From Utricularia gibba (lineage: Eukaryota; Plantae; Magnoliophyta): a DNA stretch of 64,000 bases. The translations under genes were made by a program, and so were the position numbers. Below are positions 36,450-48,939 of this stretch, one piece after another (position 1 is the first letter of the stretch; each line of letters opens with the position of its first letter). The notes under the pieces are model-generated. The model was not told the DNA's origin. It ran no database searches and saw only the letters and a program-made list of their open reading frames with translations. Where the stretch lies: NCBI GenBank assembly GCA_002189035.1, contig NEEC01000012.1, forward strand, positions 186,001 through 250,000. The letters run 5' to 3'.

Positions 36450-38722
36450 CTAGCTCTCATCGTTATCTGACAATACTCCATTTTGCATAGCCTGAAGATA
36501 TGTTTTCTAACTAAGGGAATATGCACGAAATCTGAAATATCACGTAAGAGATCTGTAAGAGCTATTGACCTTGAGAACGTTTTGGTCCTTCCATGGTCCC
36601 TTGCCGTCTGTTTGCAAACAGCCACCCTGAGCTGAGCAGGTACAGTTGCCTCCGAAAAATTCCGGTAGCTCACTGCCGTGTGATTGGAGATTGTTAACAG
36701 AACATCAAATTCTGTACATCTAGAAGCTTATGCAGAATCAATTTTGAGAGTTACCTGGCATCAATTGCATCAAGCAGCCTGTGTTGATAATCAGTCCCAA
36801 GTACCTGCAAACTCAGAAGGGCATAAATCCAGGATCAAGAATCCGAACTTTTCAAGACAAATAACAACACGTATGTAGATGAACGGGATAGGCAGGAGGT
36901 GCACCTGGATTTTGGCAGCTGTAACAGGATCAAGTAATGGCTTGACGATGTTCCAGATCAACCTGAATCCAGGACCAGTATTCACAACGTACATTCTGCA
37001 TAGTGTCTGCGATTACAAGATACAGAATTTGTTTGAGCCAAAGACACGTAGCTAGCGAATTAGCATATGACATTTGATGCAGTATATCAGGAATTTTCAG
37101 CATTACTTCAGGGTAATAGTCATTGTCGATCTTCTGAACCACCTTAATGAATTCCAAAACGGGGCCAGTCAAACTCATCACACCCTGGAGAGAAAAAAAA
37201 AAAAAAACTTACCAAAACAAGCAAAACGTCTCTTGAAAAATGATGAATGGCAAGGAGTAAATCCAAATATACCAGTCCTTGAACATCCAATATTGTTGTA
37301 CTGGTATCGATGTGCCTTTTTGCAGCAACAGAACATGCTGGGAACCTCAAAGAAAGAGTTTTCTCAAATTCCTGGACTTGGTATTTCACAAAACGCTCCA
37401 AATTCGTAATCTGTAGTAGCATTTCAACATCAATCAATCCCAATCTTTCAATGTATACAGGTCTTCCTTCCTTATCAGTACCATGGTAACCATGAGGATA
37501 ATACCTCCGAACCTCATTCAACTCATTGAAGATGAAGTCCTGTATAATAATGCAACGAAAAAAAAATTCAAACACATATCTAGATACATCCACATTTTGA
37601 ATACCAAAAGTTCAGAGGAGCAAGATGGGACCATGTATCACCTCACTTATTGTATCAGTACCAAAGTCTTTACGCCACTGAAGCATGTTTGCCCACATGG
37701 CTCGTGTTTTTCCTATATCAAATTTTCGAGCCTTCAAAAATCTGGAAAGAAGTTCATCTTTTAGCTCAACTGTCATTCCAACAACTCCACTGTATAGGTA
37801 ACAATAATAACTACCTTAACATTGTATGATAATCATCAAATCTTTCAGGTAGTAAGTTCTCTGAAATCAGAGCTTCTCGAAAAGCTTCAACAGCCTTCTC
37901 CTCTTCGGCTTCACGATTATCGTCAATACCATAGGCCCCAACATCGTTTCTCCTCCTGATCTTGTGTTTCAGTGAATTCTTAAGCTTGCTAGATACACTT
38001 CTCGCTTTCCTTAACAAACCAAACTTCATCCTTCCCTCAGAGTTTTCAGAATCTGATTTCATTTTGTGCCTCACATCAGAACCACAGCCTGTAAAAAAAA
38101 TAGGACTATGAGTTATAAATATGTGCATACCAGCACTTGAATCATGAGAAAAAAACCCATTTTGACTAGTTCCATGATTATGTAAAAAAAATTGCTCCCA
38201 AGCCTCCACACTGGCCTCGAAATTTCATGGATGCTGTTTCAGCTTTTTTTTTCCTCGCCTCTAAATCTCAAATTCGAGTCCACAAATTTGGTCTCGAAAA
38301 CTACGCATGTTATTCATACAACTTAGATCTGGGATTCAAAATGCGATATCAAAACAATCAAGATGCTTTTCATAAAAAACAGAATTAAGATACACCTGCA
38401 GAATAGCTCCAGCCCAGATTCAGTTTCACCAGGCAACCCAACGAGATTAAATCCTTGTGGACAAATTAAATCACTCTTTTCACCCATCCATATTTCCCAC
38501 CGTGATTCACAATTTCAGAACACCAACAGCCCAGATTCCACTGTCCCCAGCATCCACAACCCAAAAACCGTCATCACCCGAATGAGCAAAGAAGCTTCAA
38601 TATGACCCGAGGTTTGGGGAAAAATGCAGTTTTTTTGAAGAGAAAAACCGATTGATATAATTCCCAGTTAAGCAAACCCAGAAAAAAAAAAATTGAATTC
38701 ACTCACATGGGGTCTTCGACAT
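36450..38722 (-). CDS. SEC14-like (SFH) phosphatidylinositol transfer protein; 9 exons (38722-38707, 38088-37815, 37741-37642, 37539-37273, 37184-37107, 37006-36905, 36804-36755, 36672-36570, 36491-36450); 343 aa
   Basis: [73 protein letters not shown]...[22 protein letters not shown]...GGC......GPWKD. Exon sum 1032 nt is in frame. Confidence 0.9.
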
Positions 38723-41639
38723 CGCGAATCTGGAGAAAACCCCAAGTTGTCGCTTTAGCCACAAAAATCTGTATGTATCCTGGAATCCGGTGCTGAACAG
38801 CAAGAATAGACAAGTTTCTTTTGATGGGAAGCGCTGAGCGCTGGAAAGTGCGGCTTTTTAAGAGTCGGTTGGATTAGTAGTCGAAAGCGGGTAAGTACGT
38901 AAGCATGGATTAGCTAACTGGATTCAATTCTCGGCATCATGCGAATGTTGTGCGTAGATTCCTCCATATCCATAAATGACTTCTTCGACATTGTTTTAAA
39001 TATTTTTTAAAAAAATTATCAATGTAAGTTTCTAGTTGGAATGGTTGTCTTTATGAATTAAATCTCCATTGAATTATTTGTCTTTAATTTTTTTTAATAT
39101 TTTTATGATGAAAAAACATTAAATCATGATTTTATTATAATAAAAGTATATTTATAAAAAAATGTAAAAAAAATATCCTGATTTTTTTTCTTAATAAAAT
39201 TTATCATTACATTGCATATATGTAAGATCTAAAGTATTATAATGATATTTTATATTGATTACAGATGGAAGAAAAGATGTATTTAAATAGAAAAGTTCGT
39301 TTAATCTTATATGATGTTTTTTTCATAAAAAAATAGAATGTAAAAATGTGAGTGTTAAATAATTAAAGCGAACAATATCATATAATGATAGATTAAATCG
39401 TTCTAATATATTAATAAAATATTTATATTTAATAATATAGTATTTTCTCTTTTTACCTTATTTCCCTAAAATTCTACTTTCCATAAAATGCAATATTGTC
39501 ATATTTTGAGAAAAAGTAGTTGACTCTTGTTGGACTTGACAAACGAAGTGCTAAGCGAGGTTCCTCGACCTAATGATGCATGAAGTGCTTCAAATACACA
39601 TTATTGAGCGAAAAGAGGATGTCTTGGTCGTGTTGATTCCCATTTGAAGCTCATTGGACAGATATCACATAAGGTGTAGTCTCGTTCGGGATGGTTGTAA
39701 CCTCATCGAGTGACTTCTATTTATTTTAATTTTATCAGCCCAGACATATTATTCACATTTGATTACTTCAATCCTTCTATGATGATGAGACAAAGAATTT
39801 CTAAGAACGTGAGAGAACAGTTTTCTTCTTTGCAATACTACGCCCATTGAACCCCAAACATAGACTAGTTAAGTTGAGGGTTTTTACCTTTTTATTGCAG
39901 GATGATGAACAGATAGATGGAGAATCAATTCCTGTGAAGGGGATCCATCCATTCCCTAAGGACTATCTTTAGAACTTTTTATCCTCTACATCAAATCATA
40001 ATTATAATATTAGGATTGATGCGTAATGATTGCATCTAATTATATCTTTCTAGGTTACTAGATCTAGTTTTGTCGACTCATGGCTTCTTTGGTGGCATAC
40101 TTGTTTTACAAAAATTAGTTTATATAATGCTTTACATGTTGTACAGTTTCTAAAGTATGCCGTGTCACTTTGTCAGAATTAATCATTCATCTATTAGTTA
40201 TTATTTAGATCGAGTAATAACATTTAATGAAAAATAAATAAATAAATATATAAATAAATAATGATTATGATATACAAATATATTCAAAATAAATAATAAT
40301 TTTATACTTAATCATTAATAATTAACAAACAAATGACACTATATAATGCAAGTTCGTAACAAATATTAAATAAGTATTCGATCTAAATAATTTCCTTTCA
40401 ATTATCAAGTGCATCGTGGTTTTAGGCAGCAAATTTCTTAATGACAGCTATATTAAAACTTCATTAAAGCTCATGTTTCATGCGATTAGCGTTCAATCCA
40501 AAATTTATAAATAATTGAATGATACAATTCATAGTTAGCAAACATCTGAGTTATATGTTCTATTTTAATCGAGTAAATATTATTTTTCAATTAAAAATTT
40601 GTATTACGTTTTCATTCGATTCAAATAATATATAATATTAAAACATTTTACTTTTGACAATGTGATAGAAGGTATTTTATAAATTGAATCCAAAATTTGG
40701 TATTTTGCAAACAAATTTTTGGAAAAACGGTATACCACCAACTTACTCGTCAACTCATCTATTAAAAGGGGAGCAATTGGTGAAATTTCACTTAATTTCT
40801 TCTTAAAAATTCTGAAATTTCTCTTCAACAACATGCTTTACCAACAACTTCACTCATATTATCGAAGATTTCTTTCCATGGCTCCTTAGTATCTTGATTG
40901 CAAATCTCTTGTCCTCAAATATTTGAGGAAGTTATTTGGAATTCCCAAAATCATGGGATTATAGAAGAGAAAAACCGATGCTTTTTCATGGCCTCCACCA
41001 CCATCGAGATCTCGAGTTCCCTTCCATGTGATTCCCTTTCATCGCTTCTTTTGTTATGACCCTAAGGATTCCCTTGCACATGGACATTCCCACATATTCA
41101 CAACCTTAATCACATACCTCATTTTGGCCCAAATGTACGATGTTCTTCCCAACATGAATCACATTCTATTTTTGTATAATTTTCATAGATACACACTCGG
41201 ATCAAAAGAAATTGGGGAAAGGTCTTGACTGATTTTGATTCTCTCTATTAAAAAGTAAAAAGTGCTCACTATCGAAACCCACCACTATGGGGTAAATGTT
41301 GGTGACGCTGGTTTTGGTTTTTTTTTTTTTTTTTTTTGTGAATTGAATGGGATCTTGTAATAGCTCCAATTTTAATTCAAAATGTTTTCTAGATAGGGAA
41401 AAAAATTTCTTTACTTCTATTTGATGAGGCTACATCTCTAGCTCACTAACTTGAGGTGATCAAGTGTTGCAACCTTTACCATAATTTTGGCTCATGAAAA
41501 GCATAGTTGAGATTTATGATTACTATTAATTAGGAAGCAAGAGACTTTTGGAACCCACCGGAGATTCTAAAGCTTCTCTCATCAATTGTAGCTCACTAGA
41601 TCCTTCTTTCTCTAGTCCAATGCTTGAAGTATTTTGAAT

Positions 41640-41900
41640 GATGAAGATGTTGCAGATAATTTGGAAGTGAAGCTGCATAATCACAAGTGGGTTGAAGCAG
41701 TAAGAGCATTGCAGTGGTTCTAATGGAAGCCGTTGTGATGAGGGTGGTTATAGTCAATCAGCACATTAGGGATATGCACTAGATTACCGGAAGTTGTTGA
41801 AGAGAACAATTATGTTAATTTAGTTCTATAAATATCACTAATTGATGATGCATGTCTCAATAGAAATGAGTGGCGTGATTCTATCAATATGAGTGTTGTT
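41640..41900 (+). mobile_element. Possible decayed RTE-type LINE 3' remnant
   Basis: Weak motifs EAVVMRV and LNRNEWRDSI resembling RTE C-termini. Confidence 0.3.
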
Positions 41901-42822
41901 GATAAATGAAAATTTTACAACGTCGTTCAAATTGTAAATTTTACTATCAAATAAAATTTATAACCTAATATACGTTCATATAATTCAATTATGAGCATAA
42001 TATTTAGGATCGAACACAAAGAGCAGGTGCTTGTCATGTGATTATCAATACATGCAATTATTGTCACGTTGATAGATTTGATCTTAACTAGGACTAAGGC
42101 AGAATTATGATGGAATACAGTAAAAAAAATGTAACAAACTTTTGAACTCAGTTGTTCTTGAGATGAAATGAATAATGACTTGAGACTCATAGGGGATGCA
42201 TACTTATCTCTAAAATATTCTTACACAAACCATAAATCAAACATCTAATAAACAAAGTCTAGATCTACCCGAACTCTTGTTTTCCCCCTAATTTTTGGTC
42301 TACCTGTAATTAGGGTTGTTAAGATGAGTTTCACTACTTCCCCTCCTAGATCTATCCTAACTTGTTAAGAAAGTGACGTAACTTATGGTCAATAAAGTCT
42401 AAAGATTGATTAACACATTTTTCTCATTTTCACCCCAAGGCATCCCTAATTGCTTAGCTACTTATGCTAAGGAAAAGAAAAACGTTTTCATAGCATATTA
42501 CTAGCAACATTCTGGTTTCAAAGTTAAATAACAACAAGCAGTGCATAACAGAAACAGAAAAAGCAAATGGGTCAGGCAATAAAATTTAAACTGTTCTAAG
42601 CTATGAATAATATTCTTCAAGAGCGGAAGAAAATCTTCAAAGGAGAGCTTAGATCATGGTTTCATTTTCTTCGTCCTCCATGGTTTTGCTATTCCCTCCT
42701 TCCACATCTCCCTTTCCACAACTGTTTTTCGTGTTTTTCAATGGGGAGATACTTTTTCTTTCCTCGTTATTTTCAAAAATCTTTTTCTTCTCTTCCTTGA
42801 GATTTGATTGTGATAAGCAATG

Positions 42823-45800
42823 TGTTTGTATGAAGAGGATGGAGAAAGCAGATGAGAATACGAACAAGTGACCTCTTGATGAGTATCAGAAAAGAAAAGA
42901 TGTTTACAATGATGTGCATGAGAGTATTTATACAAAATAACTTGTATAACGGCTCACTGGAGTCAATGTTGAGGTAAGGAAACCCAAGAGTCTTTGGTAG
43001 CTAGGCTAACACCCCTCCGCAACAGGTGCATGGATATCTGTCTGGCGCATCTTCTTCCACAGGTAGATATGTTGGTCCCCGCCTAATCCTTTTGTAAAGA
43101 TGTCAGCCGCTTGTTCATTTGTTTTGATGTAGGTCAAATGAATTACTCTTGAGATCACTGCCTCTCGTATGAAATGCTAGTCTAATTGGAAATGGTTGGT
43201 GCGCTCATGCATAACCGGGTTTCGAGCAATTTGGATTGATGATTTATTATCACAGCATAACACACTCTTGTCGTTGGGTTTTATTTCAAAGGACTCTAGC
43301 AAGTTTAGAAGCCATAGTAATTCACATGTAGCAGAGGTCATCGTCCGATATTCTACCTCAATGGAGCTCCTTGCGACTGTTTTATGGCGCTTAGATATCT
43401 AGCTAATTGGACTATCTCCTAAAAAAATAAAGATACCAAAGATTGATCGTCGGGTGTCTATGCATTTTGCCCAATCGCTATCCGGATATGCCAGGCGTTG
43501 AAGTTGCTATCTAGGTTTGTAGAGAAGGGCTAGTCCTGGAGAGCCTTTCAAGTATTTGAGTGCACAAAGACTAGCATTGAAGTGCAATTTTGTGGGAGAA
43601 TCCAAGTGTTAAGATAATACTTGTACAATATATGCAATATCTGCCCTAGTGAGTGTCAAATAGATTAGTTTTCCAACTAGTTGTCTGTAGAGAGTTGCAT
43701 CATTCAGTTTTTGAGAATCCTATTGATGTAATTGTTGACTTCAATCTAGTGGGGTTGTAATAGCTTTGGTTCCCATGACTTCATAATCAGCAAGGAGGTC
43801 CAGTACGTATTTCGGTTGACATATATAAATCCCTTAATTGGACTGAGCTACCTCTATTCCAAGAAAATAGCGTGGTCTGTCCAAATCCCTCAATTTAAAC
43901 TGCCCTGATAGGAAGTACACCAATGACTCTAGAGCATCAGTAGAGGTGTTGCCAATGACAATATTGTCAACATACACTAAAAGTGGCATAAAGTTTCCCT
44001 CAATCGTTGTTTTAGTGAAGAGTGAGGGGTCGGCTTTGCTTTGCTCACAACCGAATTCTGCTAATTTATCAGTAAACTTACAGTTCCACTGTCTAGGCGA
44101 TTGCTTGAGTCCGTAGATAGCTTTTCGTAGTTTGCATACCGTCTTGCCATCTTGACTTGCTTTCTTGTTGTGTTCATAGCCAAGGGGAATATCCATATAT
44201 ATACACTCCCCAAGATCATTGTTAAGGAAGGCATTATCAATATCTAGTTGCCTCAGAACCCATGAGTTTGATGCACCAAGGGCAAAAAAGGTTCTAACCA
44301 TGGTGTATTTGGCCACTGAGCTAAACGTTTCTTCATAATCAAACCCCTGTATTTAGCTGAAGCCTCTGGCTACCAATTGAGCCTTCCTTCTTTCTAAATT
44401 TCCATAAGAGTGAATTTTGTTTTTGTACACCCACTTGCAACCGACACTGTGGGTGCTCCTTGGAACTTCAATGATTTCCCAAGTCTTGTTATCTTCCATG
44501 GCTTTCAGTTCTTTTTGCATCGGTTCAGACCATTCAGGTAACAAGACAACTTTAGCATATGTCTTTGGTTCTGATATCCTAGAGATGTTGCTACATATTG
44601 CAAGGTATTTGTCTCCCACTTTGTCCACTCCCAAATATTTTTGAATTGGGTGTCGGGTTTCGCAATGCGCTTGAGGATTTGGTAATGTATAAGAATAAAT
44701 ATTCAAAAAGGCTGGGAGTCGTCTATTTTGTTGAGGTTGCTGTGCGTCAGGGGGTTCGGAGAAGATGTTGTCCTGGTTCATTATAATCCTCATTCAATGA
44801 GTCTTCTTCACTTGGACTGTGTGATTCGTTTTCATTTGACGATTGGTCCACCTCAGGTGAGTTGAACCCGCCTCTAACATGTTTGGGCTCCTCATTAGGT
44901 TTTCCATGTGGGTGAGAGTTCTTCAATCGGTTCTAGGTCCAACTATAAATGTGGATTCTTTGTCACCATCAGTCCTAGCTTCCATATTCTTCACTTCATA
45001 TTCTGCATTCAAATGGGAGCGAAAATTAGTGGTGAACGGAAATATAGATTCATGAAACACAACATTTCTTGAAATGATTATTTCATGATTATCCAAGTCA
45101 TAGAGCTTATAGCCTTTATTTCGTGGCAAGTAACCGAGGAATATGCATCTCCTTGCTCTAGTGTCGAATTTTGTTATCCCGTGAATGAGTGTGGATGCGA
45201 AACAGAGACATCCGAAGACCCGAAGATGATTATAATCTGGTGTTTTTCCCATTAGCTTCTTATATGGTTTGAAATATCGAAGTTGTTTCATGGGTGTTCT
45301 ATCGATAAGGTAGGTCACCATAAGTATAGCTTTACCCCAGAAGACTTTGGGTAGACTGGCTTGATATAAAAGGGCATGGGCAGCATTGAGCAGACGTTGA
45401 TGATGACATTCGACTACCCCATTTTGTTCAGTAGTTTCGATACGGCTGTTATGATGCAGGATCTCGAGGGCTGCAAAATCCATAGTTTTATACTCTGGTG
45501 CTTGATCACTCTGTATAGTTTTGACCTTTTTTCAAAACTGAACCTCAATGAGCTTAATAAAAGCTCTGATGATCATAGGTGCTTCTGACTTCGCCTTCAT
45601 GAGATAGGTCCAGGTGGCCCGAGTAGCATCTTCAACTATGGTGAGGAAGAATCAGAACCCTCCTATAGATCTCGTTATATATGGCCCCTAGGTATCTATA
45701 TGGATTAGATCAAATTTTTCATAATTCCTAGAATACGTAGGAAATGGATGTTTTCTTTGCTTTGCCTGTGGGCATGTAGTGCAAATATGAGAAGTCATGA

Positions 45801-46325
45801 TATGTATGTTGGGATTCACTTTTGTGAGGTGTGTGATAACCGAATGCGATGGGTGTCCTATTCGGTGGAACCAGGTATCAAACAAGTGTAAGTCATGTGT
45901 ATGAGAGTTAAAAACAATAGAATTTGAATGTAAAACAGATTGAGAGTTTTGGAAAGCAAGATATGCAGCGGATTGATTAGTAGAGAAATCAGATGCATTA
46001 TTTGAGATGCATTGTTCGAAAAAGTAGAGCCCATGTTGTAATCTAGCCTTCCCAATCGTCATCTTCGGGAAACAAAAGTCTTACAGCAAGCACTAATTAG
46101 CCGTAAATATAGGAGAAACATTACTTGTAGCTAGTAATTGAGACACCGATATCAGATTTATTGTGAATGTAGGTATGTACAGTACGTTATAAGGTGATTT
46201 TTTTGTTTAATTTTACTGTCCCTTTGTGATGCAACCGAACAGTATGGTTGTTTGGTAACAAGTCTTCCAATCTTGAACAAGCCAACTGGAGGAGATTACA
46301 TCTAAAGAATGTCATCATTATGAAT
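42823..46325 (-). mobile_element. 5'-truncated Ty1/copia element (protease, integrase, RT, RNase H, PPT, probable 3' LTR); degenerate
   Basis: WFHRIGHPS (pre-integrase), QNGVVE..HQRLLNAA.ALL and LRVFGCLCFA (integrase), VGCKWVYK.K....G.LERRKA.LVARGF, QLDIDNAFL, LRKAIYGLKQSPRQW, LLVYVD (RT), AADIFTK (RNase H). PPT GCGGAGGG at 43012-43020 followed by TGTTAG at 43011. No gag or 5' LTR; LTR end approximate. Confidence 0.88.
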
Positions 46326-47450
46326 CTATGTATTCATAACATAATGTCGCATAGAATCGGTGAGTTCAATGATGCACAACAATTGTGGAAAGTATTAGAA
46401 GAAATGTCCTGACCTGACAATGTCTTAGACAAGATCATCTTATATGAGCGTATGCCTAGGATGAAGTATAAAGATGGTGACTCAATGTCTGAACATTTGA
46501 GCAAATTCTCAAATATCGTGGATCTAATGATTGCTATCAAGATGAGTTTAGATGAAGAGATACAGACGATTAACCTCATGGATATGTTACTTGATTCTTG
46601 AGAGATATTGATAATTATGCTAAGCAACTCCACGAATGGAGGCCTAAAATATGATGCAATAGCCAAGTCACTACTACAAGAGGAACTCATAAGTCAAAAC
46701 ACAAGAGTTGTGAGAGATGTTGATTCTAAATCCACCCTTGTTTATATTGGAGATAAATACAAAAGTCATCCCAGGGAGACAACTGACAGAGAGGGAGACA
46801 AATCCAAACAAAGGATGAATGAGAAGAAATGAGAGACACAAACCTTCTTCCACTATGGGAAAAAGGGACACATTCGGAAGTATTACTATGGCTTTCAGGT
46901 ACAACAAGAGCAACACAAAATGGAAAAACATAGAGCTAGTAGATGCTAACACCTATGGATACTTGAGTGAAGCATATGATGATAATCTATTATTGCTTTT
47001 AACAACAAATGTTAGAGAGTTTAACTTGTGTGATTCATGGTATATCCACTTTGCTACCTCATTTCATGCAACGCCTCATAAGATAGGAATGCAAAATTAT
47101 GAGGTTTCTCACTCTAGCATCATGAGGATGGGGAATTAATTGGTTTCCGAAATTGATGGCATTGATGATCTAGTTATCACCACAAACTTGAAATCTCAGT
47201 TAAAATTTAAGAGGGTGTGTCATGCACCTCCTTTCAGAGTAAAGTCACTCTCTACGATGGAACTAGATATGGAAGGCTATTGCCATAGTGTGCAATCTTA
47301 AGTCTGTAAACTTAGGGTCCATGGTAGTTGATTGAGGTACATTGATGGGACAATTATATAAAAAAGAATTAGAAGGAATGTTACAAAGATTCGGGTAGTA
47401 TTCGATCAAGAAAACTCTAACTCCTTTTGACATAAAAGATTAGGTTATTT
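46325..47450 (+). mobile_element. Tnt1/Tork-like copia fragment (gag to pre-integrase), degenerate
   Basis: AQQLWKVLEEM, MSEHLSKFSNIV, EEIQTINLMDML, zinc knuckle FHYGKKGH, protease-like WYIHFATSFHATP, pre-integrase L*HKRLGY. Confidence 0.7.
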
Positions 47451-48279
47451 GTTTGAGGTTAGGGTTATAAAGCTATCAATTAGAAGTTTGACAATCTATC
47501 TTTACTTGTTATCATTAACTTAAAAATAAGTTCTACTTAAATTATAATTAATAAAGACCACTATTACATATTTGAACTCTACTTATTTAATAACTTATAG
47601 GTTAAGTTCAAGTCACAAAATAAATAAAGCACACTACACCCTTAAAGTGAATCATTTAAGTTTGCTTTCACTATTTACTTTAACAATCTTATTTGTAAAA
47701 TCTTGATAGTTTGTATTTGATTTAAAATTAAATTTTCTCTAAAAAATTAATTGCATGCAATCAATATTTGTATACACCCTTAACGTGTTTTACATTTAAA
47801 ATTCTTTGTAAATTTGATATGAAACACTATGAATCAAATTTTTGATATCATTGTTGGGATATTGATTGTTCTTGAGTTTGGAATCATATGTGTTATTTTT
47901 TTTTCCTTTTATTTTTCTCTCTTCTTGCTCTTCCTTTTTTTTTTTTTTTTTTTTGCAGCTTGGTTCATCAAGATTTCATGTGAGTCTTAGATCTTATCTT
48001 GAAGTTTTATATCCTATGAATTAAGAGATCAAATGAACCTTTCCTGTTAAATAGATGGAGTAGATGTCTAGTTAAACTACTAAAGACACTAACGCAATAT
48101 ATGTATCCATCGGAATACTCATAGTGCATGAGATCCAAGTAGAATAGCACCAAGGAAATTTTTCAATGTTACTTTCTATTAATCATGGGCCAGCATTACG
48201 AATTTTTAAGAAAAAAATCATTATAAATCATTCTAACTGTCCATTATGCATCATCTTTAATGGAAAAGAAGACTATGAG

Positions 48280-48399
48280 ATATGTTCATACTTATTATTC
48301 ATGCCTCCTAAATTAATTGGTTGGGGAAAATGATGACCCAAATAATCACCTTCGAGAGTTGCACACAACTTATGCATCAATGCACTTGAAAGGAGAACC
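48280..48399 (+). mobile_element. Gypsy (retrotrans_gag) remnant, left part, interrupted by copia insertion
   Basis: GENDDPNNHLRELHTTYASM matches the EDPxxHLxxFxxxC gag motif. Confidence 0.65.
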
Positions 48400-48921
48400 T
48401 ATTGACAGTTGATGAAGAAATAGACTCCGCTTCGAATCCACCGGAAGAGGAATTGCTCGAAGATGAAGAACAGAAGATGTAGACGCGAGATTCTCAGACT
48501 CCAGCCAAGGGGAAGAACGAGGACTGTGCTTGGATTAGTCTACTGGTACTGGGCTCATGCTTGTTCAAGTCTCTCAGCAAGAGACTCATCCAAGTTGAAG
48601 GCTCAACTCAAGAAGACTAGCCCAAGTGTGTGGAAAGAAAACAAAAGAACAGAGATTGCATGTGACAGTCGACGTGAAATGAGGAGTTCAAGATCTACAT
48701 AAATGCTGAGCTCCTCCAAGGCAATGGTCATCTTCCAACGGACGGAAATATGAAAGTATTTATAGATCAATTGCTAAAAGATTAAAAAAGGCTAGTTAAT
48801 TAGTCTTCTACATCCCATAAATTGTCTCTCTATGTGAAAACTTGAAGCTTTGTATACACAAATCTCTACACCTTCCTCTTTCTAGCATTCTGATTCCACC
48901 AACTTTCTTTTTCCACTTACA
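48400..48921 (+). repeat. 5' LTR (522 bp)
   Basis: Direct repeat of 52900-53420; ends ...TACA directly before the PBS. Confidence 0.95.
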
Positions 48922-48939
48922 TGGTGAACCCAACGTGAA
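48922..48939 (+). other. Primer-binding site complementary to the tRNA-Trp(CCA) 3' end
   Basis: TGGTGAACCCAACGTGAA vs expected TGGTGAACCCGACGTGAA from my recalled plant tRNA-Trp 3' end (...UUCACGUCGGGUUCACCA): 17/18. Confidence 0.8.

Noticed and set aside
40600-41250. Possible transposase C-terminal zinc-knuckle remnant on the minus strand (CGN...GHNKRS)
   Set aside because: Many stops and only one weak motif; too weak to call.
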